Origin: Nitrospirota bacterium
Lineage (GTDB): Bacteria > Nitrospirota > Nitrospiria > JACRHA01
Assembly: GCA_016234185.1 (NCBI GenBank)
Contig: JACRHA010000056.1
Span: 5,553 to 69,552 of the forward strand
DNA length: 64,000 bases
Direction: 5' to 3'
Positions 10,775-19,074 of the stretch are shown here, in pieces; positions within the stretch are counted from its first letter, which is position 1, and each line of letters begins with the position of its first letter. A model generated the notes under the pieces. It did no database searches, was not told where the DNA came from, and was given only the letters and a program-made list of their open reading frames with translations. The position numbers and the translations under genes are program-made.

Positions 10775-13012
10775 ATGAGGTCTTCTATGGCATCATCACA
10801 AGGACATCCAGGCGAAGAAGGGATAAAGACAAGGAAGGGAAGCCAGAAGGCAGTCTGGGTAATATCAGCAGCGCTCCTTCTTACCCTCACTATCACCCTC
10901 TCTATAATACATTTCAAGGGGATCGAGGACAGATCGCTTTTCCCAAGCAATATACTGATTATCACCCTTGTAAATGTAAACCTGATCCTCGTGATTATAC
11001 TCTGCCTGCTCCTTTCAAGGAATCTTATAAAACTATTTTTTGAGAGACGCCAGAAACTGCTCGGTTCAGGATTCAGGACAAGGCTCATAGCAGCATTTGT
11101 AGGTTTTTCACTTATCCCTTCTGTGCTGCTGTTCATAGTGGCAAGCGGCCTCCTCACAAACAGTATTGAGAACTGGTTCGGCATACAGGTCGAACAATCC
11201 CTGAAGGATTCCCTTGAGGTAGGCCAGGCCTATTATCAAAGGAACAAGGACTTAACCCTGCATTATGCAAGGGAGGTCAGTAAATCCATCCTGGAGAATA
11301 CATTACAAGGTGACGAGAATATTAATGGGATAACTGAGAAGCTAGGAAGAAAACAGAAGGAATATAATTTAAGCGCCCTGGAGGTACTCTTTTCCGGCTC
11401 TAAAAGATCAGTCAGGGCAACAGATCCTAATATCAAAGGAGGCCTTCAGGCAGTCCCTTCCTCAGATATAGCAGAGAAGGCGCTGAAGGGTGAGGAGGCT
11501 ACCCTTATCAGATCAACAGGAACCGGTGATCTGATAAGGAGCGCTGTTCCGATCCGATCGGCTGAAGGCGTCATAGGAGTAGTTATTGCAGACCTCTATA
11601 TACCGGAGAGCCTCGTAGGAAAGATGGAGGAGATAAGCAAGTCCTCTGAGGATTACAGCCAGTTGAAGGCGTTTAAGAACCCTATAAAGGGGAGCTACGT
11701 CCTATCCTTCCTTCTTATCACAATTGTCATCCTCTTTTCAGCCACATGGTTCGGGTTCTATCTTGCAAGGGGCATTACTATCCCGATCCAGAGGCTTGCA
11801 GAAGGGACTAACGCAATAGCCAATGGGGACCTGGATTTCAAGATAGATGTGGATGCAAAAGATGAGATAGGTATCCTAGTCAGGTCTTTTAACAAAATGA
11901 CGGAAGATTTAAAGATAAGCAAAAAGAAACTTGAGGAGGCAAATATCTCCCTGACGGAATCGAATATTGAGCTTGACCGGAGAAGGGCATACATGGAGAC
12001 GATTCTGGAAAATACCGCAGCCGGGGTCATATCTATAAACCTGGATGGCTTAATAACAATATTCAACAGGTCAGCCGAGACAATACTCGGCATAAAGGCA
12101 GAGGACGTGAGAGGCAAGAGGGCCTCACAGGTTCTCTCCGATCCACCCTTCCAGGGAATATACAATATTGCAGAGAGGATAATTTCCGGGAAAAAGAATC
12201 CCATAGAGGAGGAGGTTCAGCTCGATTTTAAAGGTAAACATATTACCATACACCTGAGCGTCTCCGGCATGAGGGACGAGGAATATAATTTCCTCGGTGT
12301 GGTAATTGTATTTGAAGACCTGTCGGAGTTGATCAGGGCGCAGAAGGCTGCGGCCTGGCAGGAGGTAGCAAGGAGGATAGCCCATGAGATCAAAAACCCG
12401 CTGACTCCGATCCAGCTATCTACCGAGAGGTTGCGAAAGAAGTTTTTTGAAGACTCTCCTGATTTCAGAAAGATATTTGACGGATCTACGAGGATTATTA
12501 TTAACGAGGTAAACAGCATGAAGAGGCTGGTTAATGAATTTTCCAATTTTGCCCGCATGCCCTATCCAAAACCGGCTCCGAGTAATCTACAGGAGATACT
12601 AAATGAGGTGATCATGTTATACAGGGGCGCCCATAAGGATATCGAGATCTCCTTTAATCATGCCGATGACCTTCCTCCCCTTAATATCGACAGAGAACAG
12701 ATGAAGAGGGTATTTGTAAACCTCTTTGAGAATGCCCTTGAGGCGATGAACAGGAAGGGAAGGCTCTGCATCACAACTGTCAGTGACCTTAAATCCGGCA
12801 AGGTAAGGATAGAGGTGGCTGATGAAGGTATCGGCATACATCCGGAGGATACAGACAAGCTGTTCCTCCCCTATTTTTCAAAAAAGAAGAGCGGGACAGG
12901 ACTTGGCCTCGCGATCGTGAATCGGATCATATCAGATCATAACGGACATATAAAGGTAACCAGCAATACGCCGAAGGGGACGAATTTTATTATAGAGCTG
13001 CCCATAACGTAA
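10775..13012 (+). CDS. ntrY: Sensor histidine kinase, NtrY-like (TM, HAMP, PAS, HisKA, HATPase)
   Basis: HAMP (IPIQRLAEGTNAIANGDLDF), PAS, the H-box AHEIKNPLTPI and a GLGLAIV G-box. Confidence 0.85.
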   Translation: MRSSMASSQGHPGEEGIKTRKGSQKAVWVISAALLLTLTITLSIIHFKGIEDRSLFPSNILIITLVNVNLILVIILCLLLSRNLIKLFFERRQKLLGSGFRTRLIAAFVGFSLIPSVLLFIVASGLLTNSIENWFGIQVEQSLKDSLEVGQAYYQRNKDLTLHYAREVSKSILENTLQGDENINGITEKLGRKQKEYNLSALEVLFSGSKRSVRATDPNIKGGLQAVPSSDIAEKALKGEEATLIRSTGTGDLIRSAVPIRSAEGVIGVVIADLYIPESLVGKMEEISKSSEDYSQLKAFKNPIKGSYVLSFLLITIVILFSATWFGFYLARGITIPIQRLAEGTNAIANGDLDFKIDVDAKDEIGILVRSFNKMTEDLKISKKKLEEANISLTESNIELDRRRAYMETILENTAAGVISINLDGLITIFNRSAETILGIKAEDVRGKRASQVLSDPPFQGIYNIAERIISGKKNPIEEEVQLDFKGKHITIHLSVSGMRDEEYNFLGVVIVFEDLSELIRAQKAAAWQEVARRIAHEIKNPLTPIQLSTERLRKKFFEDSPDFRKIFDGSTRIIINEVNSMKRLVNEFSNFARMPYPKPAPSNLQEILNEVIMLYRGAHKDIEISFNHADDLPPLNIDREQMKRVFVNLFENALEAMNRKGRLCITTVSDLKSGKVRIEVADEGIGIHPEDTDKLFLPYFSKKKSGTGLGLAIVNRIISDHNGHIKVTSNTPKGTNFIIELPIT

Positions 13013-13051
13013 ATAGTAAATGGCAAAGCTCAAAGTTCAAATTAGGGAAAA

Positions 13052-13120
13052 GACAATGTCAAATTTCAAAGTTCAAAGTTCAAAAATTTGGCATTTGGAT
13101 TTTGACATTTGAACTTTTTT
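13052..13120 (+). terminator. Imperfect hairpin followed by a T-run after the kinase gene
   Basis: AATGTCAAA...TTTGACATT arms, followed by GAACTTTTTT. Confidence 0.3.
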
Positions 13121-13131
13121 AGAGGAACTAT

Positions 13132-14502
13132 ATGGCCGAGAACATCCTGATAGTAGACGATGAAAAATCGATTCTAACTATATTATCGGCAGTCCTGATA
13201 GACGAGGGATACCAGGTGCTCACCGCCGCCGGCGGGAACGATGCCCTCAAGGTCATAAAAAGAGAGACACCTCCTATTGTCCTTCTCGACATATGGATGG
13301 CTGATATGGATGGGATTGAGACGCTGAAGAGGATAAAGGCCCTGTTCCCCGGGGTAATCGTAATAATGATGTCAGGGCATGGCTCGATTGAAACTGCTGT
13401 CAAGGCTACAAAGCTTGGGGCATATGATTACATTGAAAAGCCGCTCTCACTTGAAAAGGTTGTGCTTATAGTCAGACATGCCCTCCGGGAAAAAAAGCTT
13501 GAGGAGGAAAATAGGGCATTGAGGAGCAGGATTGAGCGGAGATTTGAACTTATAGGTGATAGCGCTGCCCTGGGCAGGCTGAAGGAATTAATTAAAACGG
13601 CAGGTCCAACCAATAGCAGGGTCCTGATCTCCGGCGAGAACGGTACCGGCAAGGAACTTGTTGCAAGGAGGATACATCTTTATAGTCCAAGGGCTGCCAG
13701 GCCGTTTATAGAGGTAAACTGCGCCGCCATCCCTGAAACATTGATTGAATCTGAGCTCTTCGGTCACGAGAAGGGTGCATTCACCGGTGCAGTAGAGATG
13801 AAGAGAGGAAAATTTGAGCTGGCCGACGGAGGCACACTGTTTCTTGATGAGATCGGCGATATGAGCCTGGCCACCCAGGCAAAGGTGCTGAGGGTGCTAC
13901 AGGAACAGAGGTTTAACAGGGTCGGGGGAAGCAAGACGATCCAGGTGGACGTTAGGGTCATTGGCGCCTCTAACAAAAACCTGGCGGAGGAGATAAAAAA
14001 GGGGACTTTCAGGGAGGACCTCTACTACAGGCTGAATGTAATCCCCCTCCATATACCCCCGCTAAGGGAGAGGAAGGATGACATTGGACTGCTTGTTAAG
14101 AATTTTTTGATTGAGCTATCAGAGGAACAGGGACTGAAGGAGAAATCTATTACCGATGAGGCCATTGAGATATTAAAGAGGTATTATTGGCCGGGAAACG
14201 TAAGAGAACTAAAGAATATCATTGAACGCCTCATGATCATGGTGCAAGGCCCTGTAATAAAAAAAGAGGATATACTTCTCTTTCTTGAGCCTTCCAATGC
14301 AGCCGGCCCTGCTCCACCAGGTTATCTATATTCCTCCTCCCTGCGGGAGGCAAGGTCATTATTTGAAAAGGAATATATCATGCAGAAACTAAAGGATAAT
14401 GGCTGGAATATATCCAAGACCGCAGAGGACCTTAGGGTCGAGAGGAGCCATCTTCACAGGAAGATAAAATATCTTGGTATAGAGATCAAGGCGGAGTCGT
14501 AG
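13132..14502 (+). CDS. ntrX: Sigma-54-dependent Fis-family response regulator (NtrC/NtrX-like)
   Basis: REC domain (LIVDDE...D), AAA+ sigma54 activator motifs GENGTGKE, GAFTGA and ESELFGHEKGAFTG, and a C-terminal Fis-type HTH. Confidence 0.9.
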   Translation: MAENILIVDDEKSILTILSAVLIDEGYQVLTAAGGNDALKVIKRETPPIVLLDIWMADMDGIETLKRIKALFPGVIVIMMSGHGSIETAVKATKLGAYDYIEKPLSLEKVVLIVRHALREKKLEEENRALRSRIERRFELIGDSAALGRLKELIKTAGPTNSRVLISGENGTGKELVARRIHLYSPRAARPFIEVNCAAIPETLIESELFGHEKGAFTGAVEMKRGKFELADGGTLFLDEIGDMSLATQAKVLRVLQEQRFNRVGGSKTIQVDVRVIGASNKNLAEEIKKGTFREDLYYRLNVIPLHIPPLRERKDDIGLLVKNFLIELSEEQGLKEKSITDEAIEILKRYYWPGNVRELKNIIERLMIMVQGPVIKKEDILLFLEPSNAAGPAPPGYLYSSSLREARSLFEKEYIMQKLKDNGWNISKTAEDLRVERSHLHRKIKYLGIEIKAES

Positions 14503-14504
14503 AC

Positions 14505-14660
14505 AGGTTATACCAATTCGCATTCAACAGGATACCAAGGCGGCGAGGAGGCACGAAGAAGGCTGAGGCTGAGGTTGAGGCTAAGAAGTTCCTAAACCTT
14601 AACCTTGACCTCAACCTGTTTTTTTCCAGGTAGCCGAATGAAGGCAAATTGGTATTAGTT
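14505..14660. repeat. MITE-like composite element with terminal inverted repeats TACCAATTCGCATTC / GAATGAAGGCAAATTGGTA enclosing an aggttgagg / cctcaacct hairpin plus T-run
   Basis: Inverted 25-30 bp ends at 14506-14530 and 14629-14658. The internal hairpin at 14551-14627 is followed by TTTTTTT and probably also terminates ntrX transcription. Confidence 0.4.
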
Positions 14661-14740
14661 CCCTCTACCTAAATGGTATATACTACAGGTTCATCCGTTT
14701 GATTTTTAAAACTTAGAATGGTAATATGCAGTCGATCGGA

Positions 14741-15671
14741 GGAGGTACTAATGAGGAAAGTTATCATAATCGGTTCCGGCCCGGCAGGTCTTACCGCAGC
14801 TATATACGCCGCAAGGGCAAACTTAAATCCCCTTGTTATAGAAGGTATCCAGACAGGCGGACAGCTCATGATAACCACCATGGTGGAAAACTACCCTGGT
14901 TTCCCTGACGGGATCATGGGCCCACAGCTCATGGAATATACAAAAAAACAGGCAGAGAGGTTTGGAACCGATTTTGTAAGCGGTGATGTCACATCAGTAG
15001 ACTTTACAAAAAGGCCATTTAAGGTAGAGGTTGATGGGAAGTTCTTTGATGCAAGATCGGTAATAATCGCATCCGGGGCATCTGCGATGCTCCTCGGCCT
15101 TGAATCGGAAAAAAGGCTCATGGGAAGGGGTGTTTCTGCATGCGCCACGTGCGACGCCTTCTTTTTTAAGAATAAAGAGGTAGTAGTGGTTGGCGGCGGT
15201 GATACGGCTATGGAGGAGGCAATTTTCCTTACGAAGTTTGCTGTAAAGGTAACCGTTATTCACAGAAGAGATAAGCTTCGTGCCTCGATGATTATGCAGG
15301 AGAGGGCCATAAATAATGAGAAGATCAGTTTCATGTGGGACTCTGTTGTAGATGAGATCTTAGGGGATGAGACGGTAAGTGGTGTCAGGCTTAAAAATGT
15401 GAAGACCGGACAGCATGCGGAGTTAAGATGCGATGGTGTTTTTATGGGTATAGGTCATCAGCCAAATACATCCCTCTTCAAAGGTCAGATAGAGATGGAT
15501 GATAAAGGATATATAATTACCAGGAACTGCACGGAGACAAATATAAAAGGCATCTTTGCGGCAGGTGATGTGCAGGACGTTAGATACAAACAGGCAGTAA
15601 CTGCGGCAGGATCAGGCTGTATGGCCGCTCTGGATGCGGAGAAGTATCTGGAAGAATCAGGTATTTCCTAG
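14741..15671 (+). CDS. trxB: Thioredoxin-disulfide reductase
   Basis: [18 protein letters not shown], the redox-active CATCD motif and an FAD/NAD fold. Start at the ATG at 14741 with a GGAGG Shine-Dalgarno. Confidence 0.9.
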
Positions 15672-15727
15672 TCCACTAATATCTTTGTTGGTGTGTGTCA
15701 AGGGACTTTGTGAAGGAAGTGCCACCA

Positions 15728-15955
15728 ATGCCTAAGACTATTGAGGCCATCTATGAAGATGGTGTGTTTAAGCCGCTGGATCAGGTCCCTCTGCCAGAAC
15801 ATACTAGGATCCGTTTGACGCTGTCTCCCACCAAGGATTGGGCGGAAAAGTTTAGACGGCTTTTGAACAAGGTTCATCAACGGACCAGAAATATTCCGCA
15901 TTTCCATTTCCAGTTGGGTTGTCATAGAAATATTACTGCAAAAATGTTAATATAA
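15728..15955 (+). CDS. DUF104 (AF2212-like) antitoxin-family protein
   Basis: MPKTIEAIYEDGVFKPLDQVPLPEHTRIRLTL matches the AF2212/DUF104 family. Confidence 0.5.
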   Translation: MPKTIEAIYEDGVFKPLDQVPLPEHTRIRLTLSPTKDWAEKFRRLLNKVHQRTRNIPHFHFQLGCHRNITAKMLI

Positions 15956-15981
15956 AAAAATCGAATATGGGGAGGTTGATA

Positions 15982-16203
15982 ATGCGAGTTACAGATATTC
16001 CAGAAATCATAAAACTAAGCACGCCTGAAAAAATTCTATTGGTTGAGGATTTGTGGGACAGTATAACAGGAGAAGAATCAGAAGTATCTATCCCTGAGAG
16101 CCATATGGAGGAGTTGGATCGGAGGCTAATAAAGTATAAGTCATCGCCAGGTGAACTTTTATCTTTGGAAGAACTCCAGGCAAGAGTAAAAAGGCGGAAA
16201 TGA
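15982..16203 (+). CDS. Putative addiction-module antitoxin (TIGR02574-like), partner of ParE/RelE
   Basis: Small acidic protein with ...SPGELLSLEELQARV... immediately upstream of, and overlapping, a ParE-family ORF. Confidence 0.55.
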   Translation: MRVTDIPEIIKLSTPEKILLVEDLWDSITGEESEVSIPESHMEELDRRLIKYKSSPGELLSLEELQARVKRRK

Positions 16204-16469
16204 CCTATACTCTACGCTTTCTTCCAGAGGTCGAAGAAGATGTGATATCTGGCTATGAATGGTATGAAAGAAAGTCCTCTGGGCTTGGTGAGGATTTCAT
16301 TCGGATGTTTTATGTATATGCCAATGAGATACCAAGATCGCCATTGCTCTATCCAAAAATTTATAATAAATTCCATCGCCGTCTCCTTCGAAGATTTCCG
16401 TATGCTATTTATTTCACAATAGAGAATGACCAGATTATCGTGTTTGGACTTTTTTTATTGTGCACGTGA
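16200..16469 (+). CDS. parE: Type II toxin RelE/ParE family, with a probable C-terminal frameshift in a T7 homopolymer
   Basis: LRFLPEVEEDVISGYEWY...AIYFTIENDQIIVFG fits ParE. Removing one T at about 16445-16451 gives ...VFGLFYCARDPRTIKAKLQDRKI*, the canonical family C-terminus. Confidence 0.65.
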   Translation: MTYTLRFLPEVEEDVISGYEWYERKSSGLGEDFIRMFYVYANEIPRSPLLYPKIYNKFHRRLLRRFPYAIYFTIENDQIIVFGLFLLCT

Positions 16470-16502
16470 TCCACGCACGATTAAGGCCAAACTGCAAGAT
16501 AG

Positions 16503-16715
16503 AAAAATATAGAAAGTCCCAAGTCACTACACCTGACGCCAAGAGACGGCGCAGGTGAGTTGGGTCTCTGGTTGGATCAACAATTTGGGGTAGTTGCAAC
16601 TCTCCCATTACTAGAAGAAATCGCCAGAGTCTTACAAAAACCGCGTCTCCAATCCCGTTATGGATACATATCCTCAGAGATCGAACAAACCGCGTCAATG
16701 TCTCAGATGGTATAG
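16503..16715 (+). pseudogene. PIN-family toxin fragment (TIGR00305-like), N- and C-terminally truncated
   Basis: Translation ...ELGLWLDQQFGVVATLPLLEEIARVLQKPRLQSRYGYISSEIEQ matches the central region of PIN-family toxins. There is no in-frame start and it ends prematurely. Confidence 0.45.
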
Positions 16716-16874
16716 TTAGCATAGGGTATTTACCGAGGGAGGTGTATTCCTTCCATATGTGGTGTTAACCGACAAGTGAGTATAATTATACTAACGGGTT
16801 ATGGCAAATTTATTTCACAAAAAAGCCTATTTCTGCTACACTCGTTTTGTCGCTTAATAACATTGTTAGATTTC

Positions 16875-17657
16875 ATGAGAGCCATGTTCCCAGTCCCGCG
16901 AATCACGGAGTCGTTCATTGATGGCGTCATTGAGTCGCTCGGGTGGAAACGATATGTAGATATACGGGAGCCAATTGAGGGAGAGCTGAACGCTGATTAC
17001 GTCTCTCCAAATGAAGTTCTTGAGCTGAAGATTTTCGAAGAGGAAGGGCTCGATAAATCTGGGCGTCAGTCAAAGATCGCTGCCCTTTATGAGAGGTTCA
17101 CGACAGATAAAGGGGTTGTCGATCTGGAACTTGATCAGGCTCCGATTGAAATTCGTCGAGAGTTAGAAACGTTGGTGTCTATGCCCCTTCAGACTGCTGT
17201 GAAAAAGGCATCAAAGCAAATTCGCCAATCCGCCAAGGCACTGAACATGGATGGCGCGGGTGTGCTCATAGGTGTGAACAATGGGTACTCGTATCTCAAT
17301 GCCGATAACTTCGAGAGTCTATTGGTACGTCGATGCCGCAACGACTCAACAAACATAGATCACGCAGCCTGTATTACGGTCGATTATCACCAAGGTGCCT
17401 TTGACGCTTTCGTTTTCTGTACAGTCCACTGCCATACAATCCAAGGCGGACCGGAATGGTGTGAATCCAAGCGATTTCAAAAAGCTGTGCTCGGCGCCTT
17501 CAACGATGCGATGGGCCAAATGATGGCTGATCAAATGAACCCGAAATTATGGTATGGAAGCCTGATCCCAGTCACAGACATTCGGTTCGAGCGCAATGGA
17601 GTAATGTACGTGAGGGAGGCGCCATATGTGCCTGATTCCAGGTTCGAGAAAACTTAA
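16875..17657 (+). CDS. Hypothetical protein (260 aa), no recognisable domain, in a compositionally distinct segment
   Basis: Long ORF with codon usage and GC distinct from flanks, bounded by toxin-antitoxin genes and a transposase pseudogene. Confidence 0.5.
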   Translation: MRAMFPVPRITESFIDGVIESLGWKRYVDIREPIEGELNADYVSPNEVLELKIFEEEGLDKSGRQSKIAALYERFTTDKGVVDLELDQAPIEIRRELETLVSMPLQTAVKKASKQIRQSAKALNMDGAGVLIGVNNGYSYLNADNFESLLVRRCRNDSTNIDHAACITVDYHQGAFDAFVFCTVHCHTIQGGPEWCESKRFQKAVLGAFNDAMGQMMADQMNPKLWYGSLIPVTDIRFERNGVMYVREAPYVPDSRFEKT

Positions 17658-17751
17658 ATCTACGCCTGTGTTGCAGGTGACGTCTCAACCGCTGTGCGGT
17701 TTCGCCGCACCTGAACACAGGCGTTATTGGCCATAAAAAAAGGAGGGAGCA

Positions 17752-17835
17752 ATGTTCAGAAAAAAAATTGAAACGTTCGTGGAATGCGTTATTTTTGTAG
17801 CTTTTTTAAAGGTTTTCTTCTGGCAGTTAGTATAG
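17752..17835 (+). CDS. Small hydrophobic peptide (27 aa, MFRKKIETFVECVIFVAFLKVFFWQLV), candidate type-I-toxin-like or small membrane protein
   Basis: A strong AGGAGGG Shine-Dalgarno sits 5 nt upstream of the ATG. The ORF is immediately downstream of a long hairpin at 17662-17724. It was not in the ORF track because it is under 60 aa. Confidence 0.3.
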   Translation: MFRKKIETFVECVIFVAFLKVFFWQLV

Positions 17836-18053
17836 GGACACCATATCTGATGCTTAAGAGTATGGATAAGATGCCTCAAATTTCTGATGCAATTAGTCAG
17901 CCATTTTCTGATATAATATTTACAAATAGTTAAAGGGCCGTAGTGATAGAATTCGCAAATGTATGGGGTCAGCGCAAATGTATGGGGTCACCCATTAAAA
18001 GGCACCCATTAAAAGGTCTTGGAATATAAGATTAGTTCTGTTACAGACTGTAC

Positions 18054-18450
18054 ATGGCAAGGCCACTTAGGATCGAATATGCGAGGGCGGTTTATCATGT
18101 GACCTCTGGGGGCAACGCCCGCAAGAAGATTTTTGCCGATAACCAAGACAGAGAGAACTTTATTGCCTCTCTCAGCGCGGTCGTGAAACGCTATAACTGG
18201 TTGTGCCATGCCTACTGCCTTATGGACAATTACTACCACCTTATGATCGAGACACCCGATGCCAATCTATCCATCGGCATGCGCTAGCTCAATGGAATCT
18301 TATACGCAGAAATACAATCGCACACACAGGAAGAAAATGGGACGGGTTCCGTTTTCTCTGTCTTGGGGTGGGGAATACAAACCCGAGAGCGTTAATGTAA
18401 AGCCTTTTCCTGTTTTACCCTCTCATGCAACCAGACTTTTATAAGTGCCC
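18054..18450 (+). pseudogene. IS200-like Y1 (HUH) transposase / REP-associated tyrosine transposase-like gene, degraded
   Basis: MARPLRIEYARAVYHVTSGGNARKKIF...YNWLCHAYCLMDNYYHLMIETPDANLSIGMR matches the IS200/RAYT-like family N-terminus. It then hits an in-frame TAG where Q of RQLNG is expected, and the YTQKYNRTHRKK-GRV continuation is in another frame. Confidence 0.7.
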
Positions 18451-18646
18451 CTCGGTCGACACCTATTTCTCCCCGTATTTCGTCAATCTCGTTAACCAAT
18501 GATTCAGCAATATCTAACGTGATACGTACCTTCTTTCCGTAATGGATAACCTTGGCACGGGATATTTCTATGAGATCATGAATATCCTCACCTGAATCAA
18601 ACCGTTGATCAAATTCTGTATTAGTTTTAGCTAGATTCTTCTTCAT
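18392..18646 (-). CDS. brnA: BrnA antitoxin (CopG/RHH-like)
   Basis: Small ORF overlapping the 3' end of the BrnT gene, with the ...ITLDIAESLVNEIDE... ribbon-helix-helix-like region. Confidence 0.65.
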   Translation of the reverse strand: MKKNLAKTNTEFDQRFDSGEDIHDLIEISRAKVIHYGKKVRITLDIAESLVNEIDEIRGEIGVDRGALIKVWLHERVKQEKALH

Positions 18647-18896
18647 AAATTTTCTCCTCTTTCTCTCTTGCATGTCTTACTGAGATGATACGAATTGCAT
18701 CTTCTCGCATAGTGTGTATTGCAGTCCATATCTTATTATGTATTTTGCCTATAACGATTCTTCTATTCTCTACAGGATGAGGGGCAAGAATTTCTATCCG
18801 GTTTTCATCCTGCCATAGTCGCTTGGCTGTTTCAAAATCGATTCCATGTTTTACCTTGTTTGAACTGCTTTTGTCATAATCCCACTCAAATTTCAT
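18627..18896 (-). CDS. brnT: BrnT toxin (DUF497)
   Basis: MKFEWDYDKSSSNKVKHGIDFETA is the signature BrnT N-terminus. Confidence 0.75.
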   Translation of the reverse strand: MKFEWDYDKSSSNKVKHGIDFETAKRLWQDENRIEILAPHPVENRRIVIGKIHNKIWTAIHTMREDAIRIISVRHAREKEEKIYEEESS

Positions 18897-19044
18897 GCTG
18901 ATATTATACATATTTTACACAGATAATCAACTATCGTGGGTGCATAAATCAAACATAGGTTCAAGCCTTGAATATCATTTTTTCTCAAACCCTTACATGA
19001 AAGCCATGGCTTTGCTCATTGTTGAAGAGTGAATAAGCCAACGA

Positions 19045-19074
19045 AGGTAGCCGAATGAAGGCGAATTGGTATTA
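19045..19074. repeat. Solo copy of the 30-mer GGTAGCCGAATGAAGGCGAATTGGTATTAG (right end of the 14505-14660 element)
   Basis: Matches 14629-14658 at 29 of 30 positions. Confidence 0.5.

Noticed and set aside
13095-13112. Possible sigma-54 promoter TGGCATTTGGATTTTGAC upstream of the ntrX-like regulator gene
   Set aside because: The -12 element is TTTTGA rather than TTGC at the required spacing. The region is better explained as a hairpin/terminator after the kinase gene.
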